Assembly: GCA_032718475.1 (NCBI GenBank)
Contig: JAUCBJ010004184.1
Span: forward strand, 1 to 64,000
DNA from: Nemertoderma westbladi
Taxonomy: Eukaryota > Animalia > Xenacoelomorpha
DNA length: 64,000 nt
Reading direction: 5' to 3'
The stretch's first letter is position 1. Each line of letters begins with the position of its first letter. Made by a program: the position numbers and the translations under genes. Below the pieces are notes generated by a model, which searched no databases, was not told where the DNA came from, and saw only the letters and a list, made by a program, of their open reading frames with translations. This document shows, piece after piece, positions 52,201 to 64,000 of the stretch.

Positions 52201-55000
52201 TGCTTCATCTCTTCAATCATTGCATTATTTCTCTCTTCCATGCTTCCACTCTTCAATCATTGCATTATTTATCTCTTCCATGCTTCATCTCTTCAATCCT
52301 TGCATTATTTCTCTCTTCCATGCTTCATCTCTTCAATCATTGCATTATTTCTCTCTTCCATGCTTCCACTCTTCAATCCTTGCATTATTTCTCTCTTACA
52401 TGCTTCCACTCTTCAATCATTGCATTATTTCTCTCTTCCATGCTTCCACTCTTCAATCCTTGCATTATTTCTCTCTTCCATGCTTCATCTCTTCAATCAT
52501 TGCATTATTTCTCTCTTCCATGCTTCATCTCTTCAATCATTGCATTATTTCTCTCTTCCATGCTTCCACTCTTCAATCCTTGCATTATTTCTCTCTTACA
52601 TGCTTCCACTCTTCAATCATTGCATTATTTCTCTCTTCCATGCTTCCACTCTTCAATCCTTGCATTATTTCTCTCTTCCATGCTTCATCTCTTCAATCAT
52701 TGCATTATTTCTCTCTTCCATGCTTCCACTCTTCAATCCTTGCATTATTTCTCTCTTACATGCTTCCACTCTTCAATCATTGCATTATTTCTCTCTTCCA
52801 TGCTTCCACTCTTCAATCCTTGCATTATTTCTCTCTTCCATGCTTCATCTCTTCAATCATTGCATTATTTCTCTCTTCCATGCTTCCACTCTTCAATCAT
52901 TGCATTATTTCTCTCTTACATGCTTCCACTCTTCAATCATTGCATTATTTCTCTCTTCCATCCTTCCACTCTTCAATCCTTGCATTATTTCTCTCTTCCA
53001 TGCTTCATCTCTTCAATCATTGCATTATTTCTCTCTTCCATGCTTCATCTCTTCAATCATTGCATTATTTCTCTCTTCCATGCTTCCACTCTTCAATCAT
53101 TGCATTATTTATCTCTTCCATGCTTCATCTCTTCAATCCTTGCATTATTTCTCTCTTCCATGCTTCATCTCTTCAATCCTTGCATTATTTCTCTCTTCCA
53201 TGCTTCATCTCTTCAATCCTTGCATTATTTCTCTCTTCCATGCTTCCACTCTTCAATCATTGCATTATTTCTCTCTTCCATGCTTCCACTCTTCAATCAT
53301 TGCATTATTTCTCTCTTCCATGCTTCATCTCTTCAATCCTTGCATTATTTCTCTCTCCCGTGCTTCCACTCTTCAATCATTGCATTATTTCTCTCTTCCA
53401 TGCTTCCACTCTTCAATCATTGCATTATTTCTCTCTCCCGTGCTTCATCTCTTCCATCCTTGCATTATTTCTCTCTTCCATGCTTCCACTCTTCAATCCT
53501 TGCATTATTTCTCTCTTCCATGCTTCCACTCTTCAATCATTGCATTATTTCTCTCTTCCATGCTTCCACTCTTCAATCATTGCATTATTTCTCTCTTCCA
53601 TGCTTCCACTCTTCAATCATTGCATTATTTCTCTCTTCCATGCTTCCACTCTTCAATCATTGCATTATTTCTCTCTTCCATGCTTCCACTCTTCAATCAT
53701 TGCATTATTTCTCTCTTCCATGCTTCCACTCTTCAATCATTGCATTATTTCTCTCTTCCATGCATCATCTCTTCCATCCTTGCATTATTTCTCTCTTCCA
53801 TGCTTCCACTCTTCAATCCTTGCATTATTTCTCTCTTCCATGCTTCCACTCTTCAATCATTGCATTATTTCTCTCTTCCATGCTTCCACTCTTCAATCAT
53901 TGCATTATTTCTCTCTTCCATGCTTCCACTCTTCAATCATTGCATTATTTCTCTCTTCCATGCTTCATCTCTTCCATCCTTGCATTATTTCTCTCTTCCA
54001 TGCTTCATCTCTTCCATCCTTGCATTATTTCTCTCTTCCATGCTTCATCTCTTCAATCCTTGCATTATTTCTCTCTCCCGTGCTTCCACTCTTCAATCAT
54101 TGCATTATTTCTCTCTTCCATGCTTCCACTCTTCAATCATTGCATTATTTCTCTCTTCCATGCTTCCACTCTTCAATCATTGCATTATTTCTCTCTTCCA
54201 TGCTTCCACTCTTCAATCATTGCATTATTTCTCTCTTCCATGCATCATCTCTTCCATCCTTGCATTATTTCTCTCTTCCATGCTTCCACTCTTCAATCCT
54301 TGCATTATTTCTCTCTTCCATGCTTCCACTCTTCAATCATTGCATTATTTCTCTCTTCCATGCTTCCACTCTTCAATCATTGCATTATTTCTCTCTTCCA
54401 TGCTTCCACTCTTCAATCATTGCATTATTTCTCTCTTCCATGCTTCATCTCTTCCATCCTTGCATTATTTCTCTCTTCCATGCTTCATCTCTTCCATCCT
54501 TGCATTATTTCTCTCTTCCATGCTTCATCTCTTCAATCCTTGCATTATTTCTCTCTCCCGTGCTTCCACTCTTCAATCATTGCATTATTTCTCTCTTCCA
54601 TGCTTCCACTCTTCAATCATTGCATTATTTCTCTCTTCCATGCTTCCACTCTTCAATCATTGCATTATTTCTCTCTTCCATGCTTCCACTCTTCAATCAT
54701 TGCATTATTTCTCTCTTCCATGCATCATCTCTTCCATCCTTGCATTATTTCTCTCTTCCATGCTTCATCTCTTCAATCCTTGCATTATTTCTCTCTCCCG
54801 TGCTTCCACTCTTCAATCATTGCATTATTTCTCTCTTCCATGCTTCCACTCTTCAATCATTGCATTATTTCTCTCTTCCATGCTTCCACTCTTCAATCAT
54901 TGCATTATTTCTCTCTTCCATGCTTCCACTCTTCAATCATTGCATTATTTCTCTCTTCCATGCTTCCACTCTTCAATCATTGCATTATTTCTCTCTTCCA
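40300..55000. repeat. Satellite subdomain built of multi-kb near-identical duplications
   Basis: The rare TGTATT marker pair occurs at 42621/42741, 48941/49061 and 51421/51541. Other markers match at offsets of 6320, 2480 and 9720/9560 bp. Confidence 0.85.
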
Positions 55001-58000
55001 TGCTTCCACTCTTCCACTCTTCCATCCTTGCATTATTTCTCTCTTCCATGCTTCCACTCTTCCATCCGTGCATTATTTCTCTCTTCCATCCTTCCACTCT
55101 TCAATCCTTGCATTATTTCTCTCTTCCATGTTTCCACTCTTCAATCATTGCATTATTTCTCTCTTCCATGCTTCCACTCTTCAATCATTGCATTATTTCT
55201 CTCTTCCATGCTTCCACTCTTCAATCATTGCATTATTTCTCTCTTCCATGCTTCATCTCTTCCATCCTTGCATTATTTCTCTCTTCCATGCTTCATCTCT
55301 TCCATCCTTGCATTATTTCTCTCTTCCATGCTTCATCTCTTCAATCCTTGCATTATTTCTCTCTCCCGTGCTTCCACTCTTCAATCCTTGCATTATTTCT
55401 CTCTTCCATGCTTCCACTCTTCAATCATTGCATTATTTCTCTCTTCCATGCTTCCACTCTTCAATCATTGCATTATTTCTCTCTTCCATGCTTCCACTCT
55501 TCAATCATTGCATTATTTCTCTCTTCCATGCATCATCTCTTCCATCCTTGCATTATTTCTCTCTTCCATGCTTCCACTCTTCAATCATTGCATTATTTCT
55601 CTCTTCCATGCTTCCACTCTTCAATCATTGCATTATTTCTCTCTTCCATGCATCATCTCTTCCATCCTTGCATTATTTCTCTCTTCCATGCTTCCACTCT
55701 TCAATCATTGCATTATTTCTCTCTTCCATGCTTCATCTCTTCCATCCTTGCATTATTTCTCTCTTCCATGCTTCATCTCTTCCATCCTTGCATTATTTCT
55801 CTCTTCCATGCTTCATCTCTTCAATCCTTGCATTATTTCTCTCTCCCGTGCTTCCACTCTTCAATCATTGCATTATTTCTCTCTTCCATGCTTCCACTCT
55901 TCAATCATTGCATTATTTCTCTCTTCCATGCTTCCACTCTTCAATCATTGCATTATTTCTCTCTTCCATGCTTCCACTCTTCAATCATTGCATTATTTCT
56001 CTCTTCCATGCTTCATCTCTTCAATCCTTGCATTATTTCTCTCTTCCATGCTTCCACTCTTCAATCATTGCATTATTTCTCTCTTCCATGCTTCCACTCT
56101 TCCATCCTTGCATTATTTATCTCTTCCATGCTTCATCTCTTCCATCCTTGCATTATTTATCTCTTCCATGCTTCATCTCTTCCATCCTTGCATTATTTAT
56201 CTCTTCCATGCTTCATCTCTTCCATCCTTGCATTATTTCTCTCTTCCATGCTTCCACTCTTCAATCATTGCATTATTTCTCTCTTCCATGCTTCCACTCT
56301 TCAATCATTGCATTATTTCTCTCTTCCATGCTTCATCTCTTCCATCCTTGCATTATTTCTCTCTTCCATGCTTCATCTCTTCAATCCTTGCGTTATTTCT
56401 CTCTTCCATGCTTCCACTCTTCCATCCTTGCATTATTTCTCTCTTCCATGCATCATCTCTTCCATCCTTGCATTATTTCTCTCTTCCATGCTTCATCTCT
56501 TCCATCCTTGCATTATTTATCTCTTCCATGCTTCATCTCTTCCATCCTTGCATTATTTATCTCTTCCATGCTTCATCTCTTCAATCATTGCATTATTTCT
56601 CTCTTCCATGCTTCCACTCTTCCATCCTTGCATTATTTATCTCTTCCATGCTTCATCTCTTCCATCCTTGCATTATTTATCTCTTCCATGCTTCATCTCT
56701 TCCATCCTTGCATTATTTATCTCTTCCATGCTTCATCTCTTCCATCCTTGCATTATTTCTCTCTTCCATGCTTCCACTCTTCAATCATTGCATTATTTCT
56801 CTCTTCCATGCTTCCACTCTTCCATCCTTGCATTATTTATCTCTTCCATGCTTCATCTCTTCCATCCTTGCATTATTTATCTCTTCCATGCTTCATCTCT
56901 TCCATCCTTGCATTATTTATCTCTTCCATGCTTCATCTCTTCCATCCTTGCATTATTTCTCTCTTCCATGCTTCCACTCTTCAATCATTGCATTATTTCT
57001 CTCTTCCATGCTTCCACTCTTCAATCATTGCATTATTTCTCTCTTCCATGCTTCATCTCTTCCATCCTTGCATTATTTCTCTCTTCCATGCTTCATCTCT
57101 TCAATCCTTGCGTTATTTCTCTCTTCCATGCATCATCTCTTCCATCCTTGCATTATTTCTCTCTTCCATGCTTCATCTCTTCAATCCTTGCGTTATTTCT
57201 CTCTTCCATGCTTCCACTCTTCCATCCTTGCATTATTTCTCTCTTCCATGCTTCATCTCTTCAATCCTTGCATTATTTCTCTCTTCCATGCTTCCACTCT
57301 TCAATCATTGCATTATTTCTCTCTTCCATGCTTCCACTCTTCAATCATTGCATTATTTCTCTCTTCCATGCTTCATCTCTTCAATCCTTGCATTATTTCT
57401 CTCTTCCATGCTTCCACTCTTCCATCCTTGCATCATTTCTCTCTTCCTTGTTTCCACTCTTCAATCATTGCATTATTTCTCTCTTCCATGCTTCATCTCT
57501 TCCATCCTTGCATTATTTCTCTCTTCCATGCTTCATCTCTTCCATCCTTGCATTATTTCTCTCTTCCATGCTTCATCTCTTCAATCCTTGCATTATTTCT
57601 CTCTTCCATGCTTCCACTCTTCCATCCTTGCATTATTTCTCTCTTCCATGCTTCATCTCTTCCATCCTTGCATTATTTCTCTCTTCCATGCTTCATCTCT
57701 TCAATCCTTGCATTATTTCTCTCTCCCGTGCTTCCACTCTTCAATCATTGCATTATTTCTCTCTTCCATGCATCATCTCTTCAATCCTTGCATTATTTCT
57801 CTCTTCCATGCTTCCACTCTTCCATCCTTGCATCATTTCTCTCTTCCTTGTTTCCACTCTTCAATCATTGCATTATTTCTCTCTTCCATGCTTCATCTCT
57901 TCCATCCTTGCATTATTTCTCTCTTCCATGCTTCATCTCTTCCATCCTTGCATTATTTCTCTCTTCCATGCTTCATCTCTTCAATCCTTGCATTATTTCT

Positions 58001-61000
58001 CTCTCCCGTGCTTCCACTCTTCAATCATTGCATTATTTCTCTCTTCCATGCTTCCACTCTTCAATCATTGCATTATTTCTCTCTTCCATGCTTCATCTCT
58101 TCCATCCTTGCATTATTTCTCTCTTCCATGCTTCATCTCTTCCATCCTTGCATTATTTCTCTCTTCCATGCTTCATCTCTTCCATCCTTGCATTATTTCT
58201 CTCTTCCATGCTTCATCTCTTCCATCCTTGCATTATTTCTCTCTTCCATGCTTCATCTCTTCCATCCTTGCATTATTTCTCTCTTCCATGCTTCCACTCT
58301 TCAATCCTTGCATTATTTCTCTCTTACATGCTTCATCTCTTCCATCCTTGCATTATTTCTCTCTTCCATGCTTAATCTCTGCCATCCTTGCATTATTTCT
58401 CTCTTCCATGCTTCCACTCTTCAATCCTTGCATTATTTCTCTCTTCCATGCTTCATCTCTTCCATCCTTGCATTATTTCTCTCTTCCATGCTTCCACTCT
58501 TCAATCATTGCATTATTTCTCTCTTCCATGCTTCATCTCTTCCATCCTTGCATTATTTCTCTCTTCCATGCTTCCACTCTTCAATCATTGCATTATTTCT
58601 CTCTTCCATGCTTCATCTCTTCCATCCTTGCATTATTTCTCTCTTCCATGCTTCATCTCTTCCATCCTTGCATTATTTCTCTCTTCCATGCTTAATCTCT
58701 GCCATCCTTGCATTATTTCTCTCTTCCATGCTTCCACTCTTCAATCCTTGCATTATTTCTCTCTTCCATGCTTCATCTCTTCCATCCTTGCATTATTTCT
58801 CTCTTCCATGCTTCCACTCTTCAATCATTGCATTATTTCTCTCTTCCATGCTTCATCTCTTCCATCCTTGCATTATTTCTCTCTTCCATGCTTCCACTCT
58901 TCCATCCTTGCATTATTTCTCTCTTCCATGCTTCCACTCTTCAATCCTTGCATTATTTCTCTCTTCCATGCTTCCACTCTTCAATCCTTGCATTATTTCT
59001 CTCTTCCATGCTTCCACTCTTCAATCCTTGCATTATTTCTCTCTTCCATGCTTCCACTCTTCCATCCTTGCATTATTTCTCTCTTCCATGCTTCCACTCT
59101 TCAATCCTTGCATTATTTCTCTCTTCCATGCTTCCACTCTTCCATCCTTGCATTATTTCTCTCTTCCATGCTTCCACTCTTCAATCCTTGCATTATTTCT
59201 CTCTTCCATGCTTCCACTCTTCAATCCTTGCATTATTTCTCTCTTCCATGCTTCCACTCTTCCATCCTTGCATTATTTCTCTCTTCCATGCTTCCACTCT
59301 TCAATCCTTGCATTATTTCTCTCTTCCATGCTTCCACTCTTCAATCCTTGCATTATTTCTCTCTTCCATGCTTCCACTCTTCAATCCTTGCATTATTTCT
59401 CTCTTCCATGCTTCCACTCTTCAATCATTGCATTATTTCTCTCTTCCATGCTTCATCTCATCCATCCTTGCATTATTTCTCTCTTCCATGCTTCCACTCT
59501 TCCATCCTTGCATTATTTCTCTCTTCCATGCTTCCACTCTTCAATCATTGCATTATTTCTCTCTTCCATGCTTCATCTCTTCCATCCTTGCATTATTTCT
59601 CTCTTCCATGCTTCATCTCTTCCATCCTTGCATTATTTCTCTCTTCCATGCTTCCACTCTTCAATCCTTGCATTATTTCTCTCTTCCATGCTTCCACTCT
59701 TCAATCATTGCATTATTTCTCTCTTCCATGCTTCATCTCTTCCATCCTTGCATTATTTCTCTCTTACATGCTTCATCTCTTCCATCCTTGCATTATTTCT
59801 CTCTTCCATGCTTCCACTCTTCAATCATTGCATTATTTCTCTCTTCCATGCTTCATCTCTTCCATCCTTGCATTATTTCTCTCTTCCATGCTTCCACTCT
59901 TCAATCATTGCATTATTTCTCTCTTCCATGCTTCATCTCTTCCATCCTTGCATTATTTCTCTCTTCCATGCTTCATCTCTTCCATCCTTGCATTATTTCT
60001 CTCTTCCATGCTTAATCTCTGCCATCCTTGCATTATTTCTCTCTTCCATGCTTCCACTCTTCAATCCTTGCATTATTTCTCTCTTCCATGCTTCATCTCT
60101 TCCATCCTTGCATTATTTCTCTCTTCCATGCTTCCACTCTTCAATCATTGCATTATTTCTCTCTTCCATGCTTCATCTCTTCCATCCTTGCATTATTTCT
60201 CTCTTCCATGCTTCCACTCTTCCATCCTTGCATTATTTCTCTCTTCCATGCTTCCACTCTTCAATCCTTGCATTATTTCTCTCTTCCATGCTTCCACTCT
60301 TCAATCCTTGCATTATTTCTCTCTTCCATGCTTCCACTCTTCAATCATTGCATTATTTCTCTCTTCCATGCTTCATCTCATCCATCCTTGCATTATTTCT
60401 CTCTTCCATGCTTCCACTCTTCCATCCTTGCATTATTTCTCTCTTCCATGCTTCCACTCTTCAATCATTGCATTATTTCTCTCTTCCATGCTTCATCTCT
60501 TCCATCCTTGCATTATTTCTCTCTTCCATGCTTCATCTCTTCCATCCTTGCATTATTTCTCTCTTCCATGCTTCCACTCTTCAATCCTTGCATTATTTCT
60601 CTCTTCCATGCTTCCACTCTTCAATCATTGCATTATTTCTCTCTTCCATGCTTCATCTCTTCCATCCTTGCATTATTTCTCTCTTACATGCTTCATCTCT
60701 TCCATCCTTGCATTATTTCTCTCTTCCATGCTTCCACTCTTCAATCATTGCATTATTTCTCTCTTCCATGCTTCATCTCTTCCATCCTTGCATTATTTCT
60801 CTCTTCCATGCTTCCACTCTTCAATCATTGCATTATTTCTCTCTTCCATGCTTCATCTCTTCCATCCTTGCATTATTTCTCTCTTCCATGCTTCATCTCT
60901 TCCATCCTTGCATTATTTCTCTCTTCCATGCTTAATCTCTGCCATCCTTGCATTATTTCTCTCTTCCACTCTTCCACTCTTCAATCCTTGCATTATTTCT

Positions 61001-64000
61001 CTCTTCCATGCTTCCACTCTTCCATCCTTGCATTATTTCTCTCTCCCATACTTCATCTCTTCAATCCTTGCATTATTTCTCTCTTCCATGCTTCATCTCT
61101 TCCATCCTTGCATTATTTCTCTCTTCCATGCTTCCACTCTTCAATCATTGCATTATTTCTCTCTTCCATGCTTCATCTCTTCCATCCTTGCATTATTTCT
61201 CTCTTCCATGCTTCCACTCTTCCATCCTTGCATTATTTCTCTCTTCCATGCTTCCACTCTTCAATCCTTGCATTATTTCTCTCTTCCATGCTTCCACTCT
61301 TCAATCCTTGCATTATTTCTCTCTTCCATGCTTCCACTCTTCAATCATTGCATTATTTCTCTCTTCCATGCTTCATCTCATCCATCCTTGCATTATTTCT
61401 CTCTTCCATGCTTCCACTCTTCCATCCTTGCATTATTTCTCTCTTCCATGCTTCCACTCTTCAATCATTGCATTATTTCTCTCTTCCATGCTTCATCTCT
61501 TCCATCCTTGCATTATTTCTCTCTTCCATGCTTCATCTCTTCCATCCTTGCATTATTTCTCTCTTCCATGCTTCCACTCTTCAATCCTTGCATTATTTCT
61601 CTCTTCCATGCTTCCACTCTTCAATCATTGCATTATTTCTCTCTTCCATGCTTCATCTCTTCCATCCTTGCATTATTTCTCTCTTACATGCTTCATCTCT
61701 TCCATCCTTGCATTATTTCTCTCTTCCATGCTTCATCTCTTCCATCCTTGCATTATTTCTCTCTTCCATGCTTCATCTCTTCAATCATTGCATTATTTCT
61801 CTCTTCCATGCTTCCACTCTTCAATCATTGCATTATTTCTCTCTTCCATGCTTCATCTCTTCAATCCTTGCATTATTTCTCTCTTACATGCTTCATCTCT
61901 TCAATCCTTGCATTATTTCTCTCTTCCATGCTTCATCTCTTCAATCCTTGCATTATTTCTCTCTTACATGCTTCATCTCTTCCATCCTTGCATTATTTAT
62001 CTCTTCCATGCTTCATCTCTTCAATCCTTGTATTATTTCTCTCTTCCATGCTTCATCTCTTCAATCCTTGTATTATTTCTCTCTTCAATGCTTCCACTCG
62101 TCCATCCTTGCATTATTTCTCTCTTCCATGCTTAATCTCTGCCATCCTTGCATTATTTCTCTCTTCCATGCTTCATCTCTTCAATCCTTGCATTATTTCT
62201 CTCTTCCATGCTTCCACTCTTCAATCCTTGCATTATTTCTCTCTTCCATGCTTCATATCTTCAATCCTTGCATTATTTCTCTCTTCCATGCTTCCACTCT
62301 TCAATCCTTGCATTATTTCTCTCTTCCATTCTTCCACTCTTCCATCCTTGCATTATTTCTCTCTTCCATGCTTCATCTCTTCAATCCTTGCATTATTTCT
62401 CTCTTCCATGCTTCATCTCTTCCATCCTTGCATTATTTCTCTCTTCCATGCTTCATCTCTTCAATCCTTGCATTATTTATCTCTTCCATGCTTCATCTCT
62501 TCAATCCTTGCATTATTTCTCTCTTCCATGCTTCATCTCTTCAATCCTTGCATTATTTCTCTCTTCCATGCTTCATATCTTCAATCCTTGCATTATTTCT
62601 CTCTTCCATGCTTCCACTCTTCAATCCTTGCATTATTTCTCTCTTCCATTCTTCCACTCTTCCATCCTTGCATTATTTCTCTCTTCCATGCTTCATCTCT
62701 TCAATCCTTGCATTATTTCTCTCTTCCATGCTTCATCTCTTCCATCCTTGCATTATTTCTCTCTTCCATGCTTCATCTCTTCAATCCTTGCATTATTTAT
62801 CTCTTCCATGCTTCATCTCTTCAATCCTTGCGTTATTTCTCTCTTCCATGCTTCATCTCTTCCATCCTTGCATTATTTCTCTCTTCCATGCTTCATCTCT
62901 TCAATCCTTGCATTATTTCTCTCTCCCGTGCTTCATATCTTCCATCCTTGCATTATTTCTCTCTTCCATGCTTCCACTCTTCCATCCTTGCATTATTTCT
63001 CTCTTCCATGCTTCCACTCTTCCATCCTTGCATTATTTCTCTCTTCCATGCTTCATATCTTCCATCCTTGCATTATTTCTCTCTTCCATGCTTCATCTCT
63101 TCCATCCTTGCATTATTTCTCTCTTCCATGCTTCATCTCTTCAATCCTTGCATTATTTATCTCTTCCATGCTTCATCTCTTCAATCCTTGCGTTATTTCT
63201 CTCTTCCATGCTTCATCTCTTCAATCCTTGCATTATTTATCTCTTCCATGCTTCATCTCTTCAATCCTTGCGTTATTTCTCTCTTCCATGCTTCATCTCT
63301 TCAATCCTTGCGTTATTTCTCTCTTCCATGCTTCATCTCTTCCATCCTTGCATTATTTATCTCTTCCATGCTTCCACTCTTCCATCCTTGCGTTATTTCT
63401 CTCTTCCATGCTTCATCTCTTCCATCCTTGCATTATTTCTCTCTTCCATGCTTCATCTCTTCAATCCTTGCATTATTTCTCTCTCCCGTGCTTCATATCT
63501 TCCATCCTTGCATTATTTCTCTCTTCCATGCTTCATCTCTTCCATCCTTGCATTATTTCTCTCTTCCATGCTTCATCTCTTCAATCCTTGCATTATTTAT
63601 CTCTTCCATGCTTCATCTCTTCAATCCTTGCGTTATTTCTCTCTTCCATGCTTCATCTCTTCAATCCTTGCATTATTTATCTCTTCCATGCTTCATCTCT
63701 TCAATCCTTGCGTTATTTCTCTCTTCCATGCTTCATCTCTTCAATCCTTGCGTTATTTCTCTCTTCCATGCTTCATCTCTTCCATCCTTGCATTATTTAT
63801 CTCTTCCATGCTTCCACTCTTCCATCCTTGCGTTATTTCTCTCTTCCATGCTTCCACTCTTCCATCCTTGCATTATTTCTCTCTTCCATGCTTCCACTCT
63901 TCCATCCTTGCATTATTTCTCTCTTCCATGCTTCATATCTTCCATCCTTGCATTATTTCTCTCTTCCATGCTTCATCTCTTCCATCCTTGCATTATTTCT

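Larger units (their letters stand above)
3299..64000. repeat. 40-bp satellite DNA array, head-to-tail, roughly 1,500 monomers, running off the right end of the window
   Basis: Continuous 40-nt periodicity of CATTATTTCTCTCTTCCATGCTTCATCTCTTC(C/A)ATCCTTG. No inversion or foreign insertion was seen. Phase shifts come only from rare length-variant monomers (37, 38, 39, 41 and 48 bp). Confidence 0.99.

Noticed and set aside
3253-62135. Giant plus-strand ORFs (up to 9014 aa) as real genes
   Set aside because: They overlap in all three frames, encode the same periodic peptide and follow arithmetically from a stop-free 40-bp monomer. There is no domain, no codon-position pattern, and stop alleles spread freely.
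3299-64000. CRISPR array
   Set aside because: Repeats are directly adjacent with no unique spacers, there are no cas genes, and the context is eukaryotic (LINE).
3299-64000. Relationship to human HSat2/3 (CATTC)n or to telomerase-made repeats
   Set aside because: Only the TTCCAT word is shared and there is no 5-bp periodicity. The 40-bp unit, lack of G-runs and block-duplication history point to recombinational amplification rather than templated addition.

Overview
Eukaryotic repeat-rich window, probably animal (inferred from the LINE family and the satellite architecture). No intact protein-coding gene, RNA gene or CRISPR array is supported. Positions 1-3298 are an AT-rich flank holding two elements. 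One is a 5'-truncated, inactivated non-LTR retrotransposon (RTE-like RT, minus strand, ~442-1625). The other is a ~670-bp non-autonomous fold-back/MITE-like element (~2331-2999) with imperfect C-rich/G-rich inverted arms around four ~68-bp tandem repeats. From ~3299 to the window end (>60.7 kb, roughly 1,500 copies) lies an uninterrupted head-to-tail 40-bp satellite, consensus CATTATTTCTCTCTTCCATGCTT(CAT/CCA)CTCTTC(C/A)ATC(C/A)TTG. All the multi-thousand-residue ORFs in the track are by-products of this monomer, which is stop-free on the pyrimidine strand and has a length of 1 mod 3. The most informative structure is inside the array: a small set of biallelic sites recombined into a monomer 'code', discrete variant domains, local higher-order repeats (4- to 23-mers), kb-scale duplications, and a degenerate internal layer (~25.9-31.3 kb) contrasting with a sharp, near-consensus left edge. 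All counts and offsets were read by eye.
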